DNA of 64,000 bases from a bacterium (GTDB lineage Bacteria > SM23-31): assembly GCA_965249485.1 (NCBI GenBank), contig OZ252239.1:32001-96000 (forward strand), written 5' to 3'. The notes below the pieces were generated by a model. The model did not search any database. It was not told where the DNA came from and saw only the letters and a program-made list of their open reading frames with translations. Positions 61,460 to 64,000 of this stretch are shown piece by piece; position 1 is the first letter of the stretch, and the number at the start of each line of letters is the position of its first letter. A program made the position numbers and the translations under genes.

Positions 61460-63418
61460 TTATTTATCGTTCATATGTTTCTGCAGCAAAATTTTCAATT
61501 CTCTTATTTCATATGGTTTTGGCAATACATCTAAAAATCCATACTCTTTGTATTGTGATAAAACTTTATCATGTGAATAACCGCTCGATACAATGGCTTT
61601 AATATGCGGATCAATATCTTTCAACTTTTCCAGCGTAACTTTTCCGCCCATTCCTCCCGGTATTGTCAGATCCAGAATAGCCATATTAAACGGTTTACCG
61701 GATGATAGTGCCTGCTTATAACATTCAATTGCCTGTTCGCCATTTTCCGCACATTCCACTTCGAAACCCTCGGATACCAGGAAAGATTTAATCGTCTCGA
61801 GGAACTCAATTTCATCATCCATTATCAGAATTCTACCCGATATTTCTTGTGCCGCATATTCAGGTTCGGATATATCCACCAATTGTCCGGTTGAAGCCGG
61901 AATATAAATATCAAACGTTGTCCCTTTCTGCATTTCAGATTCGGCAAAAATGTAACCATTATGTTTTTTTACTATAGAATAGGTAGTTGCCAGACCCAGC
62001 CCACTCCCTGTTTGTTTTGTCGTAAAAAAGGGATCAAATACCTTCTCAAGATATTGTGGATTGATACCAATCCCCTGGTCCTTAAAAGACAGTTTAACAT
62101 ACTTCCCCGGCCGGATATGTCATTTATAGTCATCGTCTATTTCACAATTTTCCGTCGTTACCGTAATATAACCGCCATCAGGCATTGCCTGTGTAGCATT
62201 AATAACTAAATTATTTATTACCTGGGTAAACTGATCCGCATCGATATCAACATTCCATGTATCTTCGGATAATTCAAATTCACGTTTAACATTTGAACCG
62301 GTTAAGGCAAAATCAACGATGTTTTCAATAAATTTTGTCAGGGACACTGTTTTCATAACTGGTAATCCACCTTTAGCGAAGGTGAGCAGCTGATTCGTCA
62401 ATCCTGCGGCACGCATAATATTTTTTTCAGCTGCATCTAAGAAATGTGGAATTTCCTCATCAATTTCCATCGATTCCAGTTTTGCCTTTGTAATCTGAAC
62501 ATTTAAGCTGATCAAGTGAAGCATATTATTAAAATCGTGCGCAATCCCCCCCGCAAGCACACTCAGTGAATCAAGTTTCTCAGCTTTAATGAGTTCTGCG
62601 CTTTGATTCTCTATTTTTATAAGCATATCATTAAAAGAATCGATGAGTTCTCCGATCTCATCATTGAAATATTTCGTGGCTCTCAGACTGTAATCACGTT
62701 TTTTGTTTATCTGTCGTGCGGTAACAATGAGACTTTCGATCGGACGTGTTATGATGCCCGTAAATGAAATTGCAAGCATTACTCTGAAGAGTGAGGCAAA
62801 CAGTAGTACCAATACTGCAATTGGAAATATATTTACTCCATGGAATAATACGGCCGGCAGGGGCGCTCGTGTTATTACCGTTCCAACGAAATTATTTTCG
62901 TATTGAATGAAAGATGAAATTTGAAATGTTCTAAATACATCGATATATTTTGCTAATATCACATCTTTTTGAAACCATTGGCTGAATGAAAGTTGCTTTG
63001 GTCGTAAATCCGGATTTAACGTTTCACCCATAAAAGCAAGATCATTCTTATTGTCTTTTTCATATACAGCAAACCATTTCGGCATTTGGAGGGGATTGCG
63101 TGTTACAGCAGATGACGTATCAATTATACTTATGATTCGTGCGGATGTGAAAATAAGATTTTTGGGAAAGTGATCAATTAGTATCTTTTGAGCTTTTGTG
63201 CTATCTTTATTATAAATTGCCTGGCCCAAGTCGTCTTCAATATCCTTTTGTATAGTTATAAGCTCTTCATAGTGAACACCCAACTGTTCAATTAAAAAGT
63301 AATTCAGGAGGAATATGAATCCCACCGATACTGCAATAACGATTATAATAATGTTATTAACGATAAGTTTGTATTTGAAGGGGATGTGTATGAGTTTTTC
63401 TTTAAAGAATGATAACAT
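61460..63418 (-). pseudogene. Hybrid sensor histidine kinase (HAMP-HisKA-HATPase-receiver) with in-frame TGA at 62120
   Basis: LAGGIAHDFNNML, NLVINA; after the TGA the frame continues DQGIG..DPFFTTK..GSGLGL into receiver ORF 61460..61933. Confidence 0.88.
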
Positions 63419-63447
63419 TGGAAGTTAACCCGGAATGGAACGGAATG

Positions 63448-64000
63448 TCATTGTAACAGAGATTCCAGTCTTTTAGCCAGTAGTGACCCTTTTATGTGCC
63501 TCATACATTCAACCAATAAATGAATCAACATAATGAATATGATATACTGAATTTTAATATTTATCAGGCTGAGCGTAATAGAGAGCAAAATAATGGAAAA
63601 CAGTACATCCCTGTTCTTTTTGGAAAAGAGGTAATACACAACAATTATAATACTTGCTATCATCAGCTCGATCACATATAAATTGATATACGGCCTATTG
63701 AAAGATATGAGAAAATTGCTATACGGAAGTATAAATATACTGCCAATATAAAAACCGGTCAACTCATTTTTCACAAAAAGATACAACCATAAGAACAGGA
63801 TGATCTGAATAAAGAATAAACTTGGTGGTGTGAGAAACATGACAAAAAACAGGAGAGAATAAAACCGGAACCGGTCTTGAAATATAGCCAGAGACACTAT
63901 TGACAGGATTAAACCGGAAAGAATAATGTAAAAATCAAAATCACCTGTGTTTAATGTTTCATTTTCAAAAAATAGACCGAGCACGCGTTTTTTTGCACTA
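63448..64000 (-). CDS. Polytopic membrane protein, 5' end probably outside window
   Basis: Hydrophobic ORF that appears to run to the window edge. Confidence 0.5.
   Translation of the reverse strand, partial: SAKKRVLGLFFENETLNTGDFDFYIILSGLILSIVSLAIFQDRFRFYSLLFFVMFLTPPSLFFIQIILFLWLYLFVKNELTGFYIGSIFILPYSNFLISFNRPYINLYVIELMIASIIIVVYYLFSKKNRDVLFSIILLSITLSLINIKIQYIIFIMLIHLLVECMRHIKGSLLAKRLESLLQ

Noticed and set aside
29804..62122. Stop-codon recoding or selenocysteine/pyrrolysine at the three in-frame stops
   Set aside because: TGA and TAG end other genes at positions matching their paralogs (e.g. 5722, 40418); the sites are not catalytic positions and no SECIS was recognised.
1..64000. Integrase, transposase, reverse transcriptase/DGR or prophage genes
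   Set aside because: No ORF shows such motifs, and I saw no adenine-specific template/variable repeat pair.

Overview
Bacterial, AT-rich, standard code 11. The window is an accessory region dominated by secreted proteins, almost all on the minus strand. It holds 16 paralogous signal-peptide-bearing M24 (Xaa-Pro aminopeptidase-like) genes, four EExxH metalloprotease-like genes, one M20 and one M28 peptidase, two PQQ/cytochrome c dehydrogenases, two TPR lipoproteins, a GH29 fucosidase, DUF1080/Hyi/ApbE genes, a DUF5916 gene and a hybrid histidine kinase. The main unexplained structure is intergenic: a ~27-bp repeat (consensus CTCCCCGGGCTGTACGATTTGCGAACC) occurs about 19 times. It always has the same orientation and usually separates one gene, or a few genes, from the next. 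Its reverse complement resembles a tRNA 3' end. Many copies abut a sigma70-like promoter at nearly fixed spacing plus a conserved 5'-leader hairpin, and this module sits in front of unrelated genes. The layout looks like an integron-like array of self-expressed cassettes bounded by non-attC sites, but no recombinase is visible here, so that reading is inference. By eye, most of the peptidases have lost canonical metal ligands. Seven genes are broken by frameshifts or internal stops, which could be real decay or assembly error. Protein calls come from motif recognition only; no database search was run.
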